From Octopus vulgaris (taxonomy: Eukaryota), in NCBI GenBank assembly GCA_951406725.2, contig OX597817.1, forward strand, positions 124,682,001-124,746,000: a stretch of 64,000 bases of DNA, read 5' to 3'. Below are positions 40,421 to 53,435 of this stretch, one piece after another. Position 1 is the first letter of the stretch. Each line of letters begins with the position of its first letter. Below the pieces are notes generated by a model. It was not told the DNA's origin. It ran no database searches and saw only the letters and a program-made list of their open reading frames with translations. Made by a program: the position numbers and the translations under genes.

Positions 40421-42077
40421 GTTAGATAGTACAGAAAGGGTGTAGAACAGCATTATATAAACATATAAGTAGATGAGATATAGAGAGATGTAAAGAGTGG
40501 AAGGATGGGAAAGGTATGCATGATGCCTTTGATTGGAGGTCAGATTTATGTAGGGTGGATATAGTGACTGACAAAACAAAGGTGAGTTTATGAATGGCAA
40601 CACCCCCTCATGTTGAGTGATGGCAGTTATTAGAGAGTGTTGTGGATGAGGTATAGAAGTCTTAAGAATAAAGGAGTGTTCTGTGGAAATATGGTGGGAA
40701 TGTGTGATATTGAGAATGAGGGATGGGTAATAGAGGGAGTGGTTGGTTCTAAGGAATAGAATAACTGGTAGTGCAAAAGGGGATGAAATGTGTGCAGTTC
40801 TGCTCTTATATAGTTACACCAACTGATTGAACAGTGTAGTTGTTAAAAGAGTGAGAAAGGGAAAGGTAAGATGTGGGGAAAGCTTGAAAGGGACAAATTC
40901 ATTTGCATACCATTGTTTGGCTTGAGATAATAGTAGAAGACACACGTGCAAGTTACAGAGCAGTCAGATTGAACCTAAAAACCATATAATCATAAATCAA
41001 ACATCTTAATCACACTGTCAGCCTTAATATGAACATTTCTTTGAAAAGATAATTTTAAAAGGGGAGGTAGACTGTGAAATCTTCCAAGCTGTGATAAGCA
41101 TATACCATTAGTTAATGAACTTGTGCTTTTTGTCTTTCATTATCAATCTAACCAATATAGCAATCACCATTGTTACTCAGTTCTGAAATACTTGTCTGCA
41201 GAAATCAGAAGGCAAAAGTATTAATAGTAAACGCTAACCTCCACAGAGACTGTTTCTCTGTTATAATAAGAACCAAAAGAAAAAATAAATAAATAATCAC
41301 CTCATAGTAATAAAATATTGATATCAATTATTACAGCTGAAAATTTAGTCATGTTTTTCCACCTATTGCTTCTTTAAAATATTTCCTTATTCAGCTCAGT
41401 ATGTGTAAATATTTGTCATGATATTCTCAGCAGCTATTTGACTGTCTGTTAACATTGTTATAAGTTGTTAGATATCTAATGTAAACTAATTTATCCTGAG
41501 CCAGATATGAATTTGAGTTTGTAAGTAATCCTCAAGCAATGAATCAACTAATACACACATTGATATATATGGTACAATAATTCTGTAAACTGTTACTGTA
41601 GTTTAACCTCAGTCAGGTCATGTTAGAATAGGCCTGTGATGAAGGGCATTCCATTAACGGTCAAGCATCTTTTTATATATTTAAGACTAATTTGTCTAAC
41701 ATGTTTTAAACTCTTAAGATGGCAGCGTGTGATTTGAGAGAATTCTGCTGCTATTTCATGCACTTTGAGTTGGTCTTTCTTTAAATTATTGATTAGTTAG
41801 GCACTTTTTCATTTGATCATTACAAAGATAATTTACTGAACTATAAATTGACTATGCAATAATGATTGCTAACATTGGTACTATCGGCTCCAGTTCTTGA
41901 CTGGCCCTTGATTTTATCATCCCAGAAGAAATAAAGGTCAAGCTGAAATCCATAACATTTAAGCAAAGAATTTAAAGAGTCTTAAACTAAATTAGACAAG
42001 ATATTTTGTTCAGCACTTGTTTTTAACAATTCATCAATCTTTAAAATAACATAAAAAACTGCATTGTTGTTGTTGTT

Positions 42078-42272
42078 AAGGTGGTGAACTGGCAGAATTG
42101 TTAGCGAGCTGGGCAAAATGCTTCATGGCATTTCATCTGTCTTTACATTCTGAGTTCAAATTCCAATGAGGTCAACTTTGCCTTTCATTCTTACCAGTTG
42201 AGCACTGGGGCTGATGTAATTAACTTACCACCTTCCCTGAAAATTGCTGGCTTTATGCCAAAATTTGAAACC
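42078..42272 (+). mobile_element. SINE family B (internal deletion)
   Basis: AAGGTGGTGAACTGGCAGAA head and TTTGCCTTTCAT body; followed by (ATT)n/(ATC)n. Confidence 0.75.
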
Positions 42273-42284
42273 CTTATTATTATT

Positions 42285-42352
<68 letters not shown>

Positions 42353-42577
42353 CATCATCATTATTATTATTATTATTATATGTTTGACTTTGCTTTGTAA
42401 TTTGTACAAGTTGACTCCAAGTCTCACCCAGAAACCTCAAGAGACAACAAGTTAGAAGTTCAAGTTGATGTTATGCCAAGGGTGTCATATATTTGGTTTT
42501 GCAGATAGTATTGTTCTAGAGAATGTTTAAGAAAACACTTTAAGAATACAGAAGAAAATTTGTTCTAGGGAATTCGT

Positions 42578-42990
42578 TTTTGACTTATTTCAGTCATTTG
42601 ACTGTGGCCATGCTGGAGCACCACCTTCATTTGAACAAATCGACCCCAGGACTTATTTTTTGTAAGCCTAGTACTTATTCTATTGGTTTCTTTTGCCAAA
42701 CTGCTAAGTGGCAGGGATGTAAGCACACCAACATCGGTTGTCAAGTGATGGTGGGGGGACAAACACAGACACAAATAACAAACACACATACATATATACA
42801 CACACACACACACACATATACATACACAACAGGCTTCTTTCAGTTTCCATCTACCAAATCCACTTACAAAGCTTTGGTCGGCCTGAGGCTATAGTAGAAG
42901 ACACTGGCCCAAGGTGCCACGCAATGGGACTAAACCCAGAACCATGTGGTTGGTAAGCAAGCTTCTTACCACACAGCCACTCATGTGCCT
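42578..42990 (-). mobile_element. SINE family A, full length
   Basis: Full match to the family sequence. Confidence 0.9.
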
Positions 42991-43029
42991 ATGTTTAAGA
43001 AAATCATCATCATCATCATTATCATCATC

Positions 43030-43862
43030 ATCATTTATGGCTTCTGTTCATTATAACTTTATTTCAGCTACTGGGCATCCTCTGGAGGCCAAGAGTAGCA
43101 AGTGTACTTTTGTTTTGTTATACATACTAAAATTATCACCACATTTATTCCATTTTAGATGGAGCGTGCTTTCTGTAGTATAAGGGTTGCGCCCATCAAG
43201 GTTATCTTTTGTAGTTCATAGAGATTGGAGTCACCAGGGAGTTGCTTAATATACTTCTCAGCTCCCTTCTTTATTTATTCCCAACGCACCAATTACTACT
43301 GGTATTATCGTAGTACTAAGCTTCCAGATTTTTGTAATTTCATTTTGCAGATCTTTATGGTGAGAAATCTTTGCGTATTTCTTTCTTGAGACATTTTGAT
43401 TTTGTGGGACAGACATATCTATTAGCAGACAAATTCCTCTGTTGTAGTCCTTGATCACACTGTCTAGTAGACTGGAGTAAAATTTTCTGTCTGTTTGTGT
43501 CGGGAAGTGCCAAAGGATGGTGACACCCTCGCCATTTACTACATCCTCTGGATGGTGCCTGTACCACTTACCATGGGATTTAATTTTGTAGTAGTTACAA
43601 GCATTCCATGGGATGTACTGCCCTAGTCTGTCATGTCTTATGAGTTACTCCCGTTTAGCGAGGACTGGGCAGCCAGAAACAACATGATCAATTATCTTTG
43701 TGAATTTTTTGCAAATTCTGCACGAGGGGTCAGATCCATCTCTAAGGACGTTTGCATGGTAGTTTCTGGTAGGTAAGCTTTGATCTTGCACAGCAATAAC
43801 AAAACCTTCTGTTTCCCCTTTCAGACTTGTCTCTTTTAGCCATTGGTGTGTAGATTTTGATC
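43030..43862 (-). pseudogene. R4/Dong-type LINE 3' fragment (CCHC knuckle + restriction-like endonuclease)
   Basis: Minus: LKGETEGFVIAVQDQSLPTRNY...CRIC...IDHVVSGC...RHD...CLLIDMSVP...KDLQNEITKIWKL...IPVVIGALG; flanked on both sides by (CAT)n. Confidence 0.85.
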
Positions 43863-43864
43863 AA

Positions 43865-43917
43865 AATTATCATCATCATCATCATCATCATTGCTGCTGC
43901 TGCTGCTGCTGCTGCTG

Positions 43918-43974
<57 letters not shown>

Positions 43975-43995
43975 ATACTACTACTACTACTACTT

Positions 43996-44070
<75 letters not shown>

Positions 44071-44087
44071 TTATTATTATTATTATT
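43865..44087. repeat. Compound trinucleotide tract (CAT)n(GCT)n(ACT)n(ATT)n
   Basis: Directly visible. Confidence 0.95.
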
Positions 44088-44089
44088 AA

Positions 44090-44255
44090 GAAGGTCGTGA
44101 GCTGGTAGAACTGTTAGTACACTGGACAAAATACTCAGTTGCTTTTTGCCCCCCTTTATGTTCTGAATTCAAATTCCACTGAGGTCAGTTTTGCCTTTCA
44201 TTGACTTCTTTTTCTTTTCGAAAACTATTGGTCCTGTGCCAAAATTTGGAACCAT
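44090..44255 (+). mobile_element. SINE family B (degenerate)
   Basis: AAGGTCGTGAGCTGG head; TTCAAATTCCACTGAGGTC...TTTGCCTTTCAT. Confidence 0.65.
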
Positions 44256-44468
44256 TTGTTGTTATTTTGGTATTGGTATTAGTAGAATGCCCTTCTAAGT
44301 CACTCATAAGTTTTGTATATGTTAACTGAGATTTAATGATCCATGATTTGAAATTTTGCTTTGTGCTGCTAGGAAGATAAACTAGGATCATGAGGAGTTG
44401 GTTAATTCTTTATTTTTACCGTTTGGGGATGAAGTTTGAAGATCCTCTGGAATTTATCCATTGTTTAA

Positions 44469-44687
44469 CCCTTTAGTATTTAAACCGGCCATATCCGGCC
44501 AAATATTTAATCTGTTTTATGTTCAAACTGACCAGATCCAGGCTCTCACACCTACTCTACAATGTTATTCTACATTAAGTAAATTACACCATCAACATCT
44601 TGAAGATATGAGATAAGGCATGATTAATTCAAATCAATGTGAATCAATAAGCATTATGTTTGATAGAATAATCTGAACACTAAAGGG
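44469..44687. mobile_element. piggyBac-like MITE, copy 2, with TTAA target duplication
   Basis: TTAA-CCCTTTAGT...ACTAAAGGG-TTAA; homologous to 947-1166. Confidence 0.85.
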
Positions 44688-45026
44688 TTAAAAAGAAAAA
44701 CACGGAATCAAAATTTTCATCAGGAAGTTGAATCAGGAAAGAGGTAAACACAAACTGCCACTTCCCACATCTTAAATGAAAAGACCTCTACCAATGTTCA
44801 CAGAAACAGCATCAACAATGACAATGGGAACCTAAATGGAAGAACTGTCAGTGACACTAGCACCACCACTACCACCACCACCAGCAAGGGCAAAACTGCA
44901 ATAAACTGCAGGGAAACCAATAATGGTAAGGATAACAAAAGTAAAGAAACAGCATTGAAAATGAGAATAATGAAATATAAAATTTAGCAACAGCAACACT
45001 ACACCTCCAGTAATTGCAAAACAGTG

Positions 45027-45247
45027 ACCACCACCATCACCACCACCTCCACCACTACCAGCACAACCAGCACCACCTCCACCAGTACCAACACCACCTT
45101 CAGTACCAGCACCACCTTCAGCACCAGCACCACCCCCACCAGCACCACCTCCACCAGCACCACCTCCACCACCACCACCTTCAGCACCAGCGCCACCACC
45201 ACCACCACCACCAGCAGCACCATCTCCACCACCACTACCACCACCAG
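45027..45247. repeat. Degenerate (ACC)n/(CACCAG)n repeat
   Basis: Directly visible; produces spurious His-, Thr- and Val-rich ORFs. Confidence 0.9.
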
Positions 45248-45289
45248 TTCTAGCATTAAAGTTGTAAAAGGGTAAAAGGGTTAAAGAAA

Positions 45290-45618
45290 GATACTTCAGT
45301 CATGATTGATTATAGGATTGCACCCAGAAGTTCCCCTCGTAGGTACAAGTCTGGGCAAAGTTTATGAAAGACCTGCAGTTTCCCATGCATACAAGCCCCC
45401 CCCTCTACATGCCACCCATTACATCCAAGGGAAAGATAAAAGCTGATACAGCTTGGCACCAGTGACGTCACAACTCACTTCTGTGGCTAAGGGAATTGGA
45501 GCAACATGAAATAGAGTTTTCTTACTCAAGAACGAAAAACACAACCCGGTCCGGGAACCAAACTCACTACCTCATGATTGTGAGCCTGACACTGTATCCA
45601 CTGAGCCATGTGCCTTCA
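45290..45618 (-). mobile_element. SINE family C-related
   Basis: Minus head GAAGGCACATGGCTCAGTGG; homologous to 30217-30552. Confidence 0.7.
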
Positions 45619-45812
45619 GTAACACTGTTAATAACGACAGCATGTGGCAAACAAATCTATTGCTAGCCAGTTCATTGGTTTTTGTTCAGACAAAAGAATT
45701 GTCTTTATCCTCTCAGGATTTGAAAAGTGTAAGACATTTTCAAGGTAGACCTGGACAACTATATCTTTAAACATATTGCAATAAGCCCAGGGGACACACA
45801 AATACACACACA

Positions 45813-45860
<48 letters not shown>

Positions 45861-46069
45861 AACACACACACACGCACATGCAAAGGACAATTATATATAA
45901 ATCTATAGAGTTAAGATCTAAAAAAGTGGAACATGTGACACAAACCAAATTCATTAGTAACTCAAAACACTTTAGGGCACCAAAGCACATGTAACTTGAG
46001 GAGAAAGACTCAGCAGAGTGGAAGTGAGATTTGTGATAAAGTACGAAGCCAGAAAGCACTCTATTATCT

Positions 46070-46461
46070 TCTATCTTTTACTTGTTCCAGTCATTAGACT
46101 GTGGTCATGCTGGGGCACTGCCTGGAAGAAAAATTTTAGTCAAATGACTCAACCCAGTACTTCTTTTCTTCTAAGCCTGGGTACTTATTCTGTTTGTCAT
46201 TTTTTGCCAAACTGCTAAGTTATGAGGACATAACCGAATCAGCACTAGTTGAAAAGCAGTGCTGGGAGACAATCACAAACACACAAAAAAACACACACAC
46301 ACACAGCATGCTTCTTTCAGTTTCTGCTTACCAAATCCATTCACAATACTTTGGTCAGCCTGAGGTTATAGCAGAAGGCATTTGCCTAGGGTGCCATGCA
46401 ATCGGACTGAACCTAGAACCAGGTGGTTGGGAAGCAAACTTCTTACCATACAACCACGCCT
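46070..46461 (-). mobile_element. SINE family A (old copy)
   Basis: Diverged match to the family sequence. Confidence 0.75.
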
Positions 46462-46962
46462 GACCTACCTTAAAAAATGACAAACTGGTCTTCACAATGA
46501 CCTACTTCAGTTGTAGGATTGTTGATGTTCCTCCAGAAATAAACATCTGCTAGCAAGGTGAACCATTTTATTTGGTGAAGAAAGAAAATGAACATGTTGC
46601 ATGTTCAAAGGCTTCAAATGAAAAATTGGTCAACTATGGGTATTAAACTATTGATTTATACACATCATGAAATTATGATGGAAGACATTTCAGACCTCAT
46701 CAATTTTCCATCTAGCTTGCAATTGTTCATGGAGGTTGAGGGCAGAAAGACAAAGTCATTTATATGGTGACACAAATCACCAATGGGTTTCCATCAGCAA
46801 CAAAGGAGAAGAGAAGACTCCCCACTGCTGCCAAAACCATTGGCACAGCAGCTGTAGCACTATCAGCAAAAATGCAGTAGGATGACAATAACATACAACC
46901 AGAGCCACAGTGAAATTAGAAGCTATGAAAAAAGTAGCAGCAGGAACTATAGAAATGAAATT

Positions 46963-47192
46963 AAGGTGGCGAGCTGGCAGAAACGTTAGCACACCGGGCG
47001 AAGTGCTTAGCAGTATTTCGTCTGCCATTACGTTCTGAGGTCAAATTCCGCTGAGGAAGACTTTACCTTTCATCCTTTCGGGGTCGATAAATTAAGTACC
47101 AGTTACGCACTGGGTTCGATGTAATCAACTTAATCCCTTTGTCTATCCTTGTTTGTCCCCTCTATGTTTAGCCCCTTGTGGGTAATAAAGAA
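46963..47192 (+). mobile_element. SINE family B, well preserved (Meta-domain-like body)
   Basis: AAGGTGGCGAGCTGGCAGAAACG head, GGTCAAATTCC B-box-like motif, and CCTTTCATCCTTTCGGGGTCGATAAATTAAGTACCAG, which resembles the Meta SINE domain as I recall it. Confidence 0.85.
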
Positions 47193-47519
47193 AGCAACAG
47201 CAACAAAAAAAACAACAAAAGAAGCACCAACAAAACTACAATGCCTAGGACATGTCTCTTCCCACTCCAGGCTACTTAGACAAGCCCTGTGGTGATGGCA
47301 AAGAGGAAAAGCATGAATGGCGGAAAGTAACGAACAGTATAAAAGAGAAAGAGGAAAAAGCATATCAGCAAAACTAGAAGGGTGGAGAGGTAATAAATTC
47401 TAGAAATACTCTCACTGACGAGGCGCTGATGAAAGTAACAATTAATAGTTGAAGAACGTGAAAGCACATGAAATGCTTGGCCAGCAGAATGTGTCCTTTC
47501 TGTAATTTTCTTTATTCCA

Positions 47520-48254
47520 TAGTAATACCAAGGCAGACAGTATGATGCCTGTGTATGTACTGCTATGCCACATGGCAATGAAACATGAGCTTTTACCACA
47601 GAGGACTTACAAAGGCTTAACAGAAATGAAGCTAGTATGCTCACACGACAAAGTGTAAACCATTTAAGAGGTAAACTGTGCATAAGAGGCATCAGATGTA
47701 AGAGAGAGGACCGCACTGGTTAGGTCATATGATGTATGAGGACAGCTGCATAAAAAAGTACTGATCCCTTATTGTGGAGGAAACCCATGAAAGCCTTATT
47801 GTGGAGGAAATCTGAGAAAGATTCAGGATGCTGTTGAATGAAGTGATGAGAAATTATCTTCAGACTCTGGGCCTCACTGAGGAAATAACTAGGAACTGAG
47901 AGTCGTGGTAATTGGCTGTACTTGAGAAGACACATTGAGTCAAGTAAAATCACTGCCATCCATATATACTGGCTTGTCCTTTATAGGCACCTGAGCCACA
48001 TAAAATGCACTTGTGCAGGTGCTGCACAAATGCCTCTTCGCCAGTGGCACGTAAAATGCACCCAGCACACTCTGTAAAGCGGTGGGCATTAGGAAGTGCA
48101 TCCAACCAGAGAAATCGTGCCACAACAACTGAAGTCAGGACTGATAATTAAAGTCAGGACAGCTCCCCAACTGGTCAGTTCCTGTCAACCCATCCAACCC
48201 ATGCCAGCATGGGGAACGGACATTAAAAAAAATGATGATGATGATGATGATGAT
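47520..48254 (+). pseudogene. RTE-clade LINE 3' end (ORF C-terminus + 3' UTR)
   Basis: HGNET*AFTTEDLQRLNRNEASML...HWLGHMM matches the RTE C-terminal pattern; the UTR ends in (ATG)n. Confidence 0.75.
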
Positions 48255-48581
48255 GGTTAAATGAATTCCTCATACTGAACCGTTTAATACAATTTAATTA
48301 TGGAAAACTGAAAACTTCTAGGTAAAGTGAAAACAAGTTGTTAAATTATATGTTATACTGTGTAAAATGAAAAATTATTATGAGAACAATAAATAAAAAT
48401 TATATGAAATTACAATAAATGAAAATTACGCCACTATTTATCTTTGATAAGTGTCCAGTATAAACAATATTTTCAGTGAAATGATTTTCTGTTGTTTTTT
48501 TTTATGAGTCTGAATGCCAACCATTCTATTATTCTATTCTATATAATATCGTATTCCTTTAATGTTGTAATTTAACTGTTG

Positions 48582-48620
<39 letters not shown>

Positions 48621-48836
48621 TGTATGTATATGTTTGTAGATATGACTGTGAATGTATGAGTGTGTGTCTGTGTATGTATGTGCGATTGTGAGCATATGTA
48701 TGTATATACACACACACACACATATGTCTATATCTATCTATCTATATATGAATATATATATACATACATACATACATATATACATATATATATATACACA
48801 CACACACACATATATATATATATACACACACATACG

Positions 48837-48901
<65 letters not shown>

Positions 48902-49207
48902 AAAAGAAATCAATAATAATTTTTCATTTTTTGCCCTGTATACTACTGTATAGCATCAAATTATATACTTTTATTCTAACAAAGATAACATGACACTTTC
49001 ACTTTGCCAAGAAGCCTTCACTTCTTCAATTTATGGAGATGAGAGGTTTTAGTGAGTCTGTATTTTTAGTGTGTCTTTAGTTATGTTTAAGCCTCCTTTT
49101 CATTAAAAGATATATATATTTTATCAACTAACCTTACCAAATGCCTATAGATTCGTTAAAGCTTTATTTTAGTTGCCTATGCCTTAAATTATTCACATTA
49201 TTTAATA

Positions 49208-49208
<1 letters not shown>

Positions 49209-49305
<97 letters not shown>
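49209..49305. repeat. (ATT)n microsatellite
   Basis: Directly visible. Confidence 0.95.
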
Positions 49306-49576
49306 TTAGTATTGCTACATTTGAAAGAGCAAGGATTTGGATTTGCTAATGTCACATTTCTGATAGTAAAGTGTTGTAATTCTTTCCCTATCTCTGTTCT
49401 TTCATTGTCTCTATTTCTAATAACTAGACGGTATATATGTTTCAATTAATTTTAAATATAATAATGATTTTGGTAAAGTTTAGCAAAGTATCTGTCTTAT
49501 ATTGAGTATCAACCTAATACATTCTATGTGTATACTCTTTTGACTTTTGCTGTCTTGTTATTTTATTACCGATTTG

Positions 49577-49634
<58 letters not shown>

Positions 49635-49834
49635 TTATTATTATTACCTTTTGAGGTTTTTATTCGCATGCTACCTGATAAGACGGTATTTTAAGAAACG
49701 ATCTTATCCTTATATATATTAATATACATATGTATGTATATGTATATGTATATATACATACATAAAGGCATACATATATATGTATACATACATCCATCCA
49801 TCCATTCATACATACATACATACATATATATCAG

Positions 49835-50380
49835 CGTCATCATCATCATTGTGTGATGTCCACTCTCCATGTCCACTCTCCATTGGCTGGATGGTTTGAC
49901 ATGGAGCTAGCTACCAAGGCTGACCAGACATTGATTGTCTGTTGTGGCATGGTTTCCATGGCTGGTTGCCCTTCCTCTAATGCCAACTACTTAAAAGAGT
50001 GTGCTGGATGCATTTTATGTGCCACCAGCTCAAGTGTGTTTATGCAGCACCAGCATGGATACTTTTTAAGTGGCACTGGCACCTGAAAAAACCAGCTTGT
50101 ATGTGCAGAAGACTGATTTTACCTAGCTTGACACTCCTTATCAAGTACAGCAAATCATCACATCTCCTAGTCCCTTGTCATTTCCTCAGTGAGGCCCAGT
50201 ATCCAAAGATCCTTTCTTATCACTTCATCTTACGTCTTCCTAAGTCTAGTCCCCCTTCCACAGGTACCCTTTACAATTAGAGCTCAGCACTTCTTTACAC
50301 AGCTGTTCTCATCCATATACATCACATGACCACATGACCAAACCAGTGCAGTCTTCTCTCTTGCACACAACATCTGATGC

Positions 50381-50382
<2 letters not shown>
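49835..50382 (-). mobile_element. RTE-clade LINE 3' end
   Basis: Reverse-complement similarity to 47690-48254. Confidence 0.7.
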
Positions 50383-50453
<71 letters not shown>

Positions 50454-50702
50454 ATATTATTCCAAACTTACAGGGGAAAATTCAATTTAGAAATACTAAA
50501 TCAAATTTCACAAATATAATATATATATATAAATTAGAAAAAAAAACACCTTTTATAAATTCAATCATGAAAAATTAAATTATACCTTTTAGAAAAATTA
50601 CATATTATAGAAGGATAAATATAAGATAAAACATATAACGATGATTAAGTAATATGCAAAATAATAAATAAAACGTATATAATTGGTAGAATAACAAATA
50701 TA

Positions 50703-50735
<33 letters not shown>

Positions 50736-52313
50736 ATCTGTACATATACATATTATCAGTCATCAGTCATCAGGGAGAGGGAGAGAGAGAGACTCTCATA
50801 CACACACACACACACACATGCACAACCGTCTCCTTTCAGATTCCATCAATCAAATTCATTCACAAGGATTTGGTAGGCCCAAGAGGCTGTAGTAGAAGAC
50901 ATTTGCCTAAGGTGCTATGCAGTGTGACTGAAACTGGAAACATGTGTTTGGGAAACAAACTTCTTACAACATAACCACACTATTTCATGCCTAACAGAAA
51001 CCTCAACATGTCTTACATGACATAACATGATGTTCATTGAGAATTTAATTAATATAGAGCCTTTTAGTTTGTAGCAGGTTTCTCAGGTAAGTTAACGTTA
51101 ATTCTTATCCTGGCAGTTATATTATAATTACAGTTCGGTCTCATAGCGTAAATCAGATCTTTCAAATATTCTTTTTTCTTATATTGTAGAACTGGAAAGC
51201 AAAATTTTACTTGACAAAGATTTAAATTTTGATATTGGAAAGAGAATTTAAGATAAGCACCTTAAAGCATTTAGTCTTCCGCTGTGTCATATCTGACAAC
51301 TTTATCATCCTTTTCTTCATCTTAATATTGAATGCCTTTCAATCCAGCAGTGTTCTTGCATGAATAAATTAATAACCCAATGTAATTAACTTCTGCTTGT
51401 GAACAAAATGTTTGCATGTTCTTGCCACTGTTAATTCCTAGCATGTCTCTCTGATAATGAATCATTTTTGCCAGCTACATTGTGACTTAACTAACCATAT
51501 AACCTTTACCTAATCACCAATATGATTTTCCTCTCTAATCTTCAAGTTGAATGGCTGCCAGTTCTGAACTTTGCATTGTTGCAAAATTGTTATTGATTTC
51601 AAAGAGAGAGAGATATTTATGATTTTTCTTGTAAATTCACTGAAAGTTACTGCTTCTTCAGTTGTTTCATATCTTGCAGAAATAATAATAAATTGTATTT
51701 AATTAATAAACTCTGAAGTAGATAATGCTATGGCGATAAAGAAAACAAATTAATTTTAATCACTGAGTCAATTAAGATTTTAGCCAGTTGGGGCACTGAT
51801 ATTTGACCCAATGCTTATTAAAGGTTTATTATTTGGAAATAGTATGCTTGTTTTGAAATACGGCTTTGGAAGTTGAGAAATTCATTAAAGGGAAACTTAA
51901 TTCAGAATTTTTATCACATTTAATACCATGCAGCTCAGTGAAATCACTTGATTCTCTGTTGCACACAAGAAATTTAATACAGAGTGAAATTGGGTGTGTT
52001 CTGGTTTTAGAAGATATACATAATGCCTTTGTATGAGATAACAACAGAATTTGGAGACAGGAGAAGCAAAACATCCTGCTCTTAAATACAACCTCAATAA
52101 AGCCATCCAACCTATTCTGACATGGAATGAAACATAAAATACTGACATTAACAGGGATAATATTGGGTAGTGTCAAAAACATGGTTCAAAAGCTATGTAT
52201 TTTGACTCAAGTATGTATGAAGTAAAATATATCCTCATTCAAGAGATAAAATAACCAAAGATGAATAAATAAACAGTAAGGTATTTTACAAATCTGGGCA
52301 TGCTGTAGTATAA

Positions 52314-53435
52314 CTTAGATGGAAATGTCATATATCTTACAAGGATATCTACGTTTAAATCCATTCAAGGATATCTAGTCTTATAGCCATTGAAGGATAT
52401 TTATTCTTATATCCATATGGGTATAGCTGAACATAGATACATGCTAGAATGTTGAATATTCTATCCGTAAAAGAATACCTAGTGTTATATCAACATAAGA
52501 ATAATGAATCTCTTATACATACAAGGATATATAACCTTACATCCATTTAAAGATATCCAAACTTGTATCTTTACATTGAAAATATTTTATCTATAAAGGC
52601 TGTGTAAAGTTATATTCAGATGTATAAGGTTATCCAAGCTTATATCTATACATGAATATCGTATCACATTGTGGCACTCCATTGGTTATGATGATGAGGG
52701 TTCCAGTTGATCCAATCAATGGAACAGCCTGCTCATGAAATTAACGGGTAAGTGCAACCTTAGCATAGTTCTCGGGGAGATTCAGCAAGACACAGAGTGT
52801 GACATGGCTGGTCCTTTGAAATACAGGTACAACAGAAACAGGAAGAAAGAGTGAGAGTAAGTTGGGGTGAAGGAGTACAGTAGGGTTCGCCACCACCCCG
52901 TCGGAGCGTCGTGGAGCTTTAGGTGTTTTTACTCAATAAACACTTACAATCCTCGGTCTGGGAATTGAAACTGCGATCCTATGACCACGAGTCCACTGCC
53001 CTAACCACTGGACCATTGTGTCTCCACATTCTGTCACATATCTATACAAGGACATGCAAGTCTTCTAAGGATATGCAATCTCATATCCAAGCTTATAAAT
53101 ATCTTATACTTTAAAGGATATCATAAAAGGGTACCCCAAAATTGTAAAACTGAATATCCTTTCAAGGGTATCAATTCTTATATTCATGCAAGAATATCCA
53201 ATTTCATAACCATACAAAAATGCTGATAGTTTTAGCTAAACAATGGTACTTATCTTTATATCCTTACAATATCATCAAATCTTTTTATTCATAACAATTC
53301 ATTTAATCGCATTTCCATACAAAATACCCAACCTTATATATGTACAAGATTATTCAATTATAAATCCAAACAAGGTTACCCAACCTTATGTCCTTGCATT
53401 TATGTCTAATCTCATATTCATACAAAAGTGTCTAT
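52314..53435. repeat. Degenerate 26-bp tandem array interrupted by a SINE
   Basis: Consecutive 26-mers from 52340: CAAGGATATCTACGTTTAAATCCATT / CAAGGATATCTAGTCTTATAGCCATT / GAAGGATATTTATTCTTATATCCATA and so on. Confidence 0.75.
52670..53027 (-). mobile_element. SINE family C
   Basis: Minus head GTGGAGACACAATGGTCCAGTGGTTAGGGCAGTGGACTCG; body shared with 29398-29706 and tail shared with 55835-56150. Confidence 0.8.

Noticed and set aside
44999-45275. His-rich or Thr/Ser-rich mucin-like ORFs
   Set aside because: Open in several frames because of a degenerate (ACC)n repeat; no unique coding flank or clear splice context.
47405-47440. CTGACGAG...GAAAGTA hammerhead-like string
   Set aside because: No stem I or convincing stem II pairing; likely chance.
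49670-49710. CTGATAAG...GAAACGATC motif beside a (TA)n tract
   Set aside because: The core is mismatched (C3 with A8) and the stems do not pair; too weak to call.
51829-52200. 117-aa minus ORF and a faint RT-like LVLEDIHNAF on the plus strand
   Set aside because: A single weak motif with in-frame stops; not enough to support a call.
52314-53435. CRISPR-like appearance of the periodic array
   Set aside because: Units are contiguous and degenerate, with no repeat-spacer alternation, no cas genes and a eukaryotic context.
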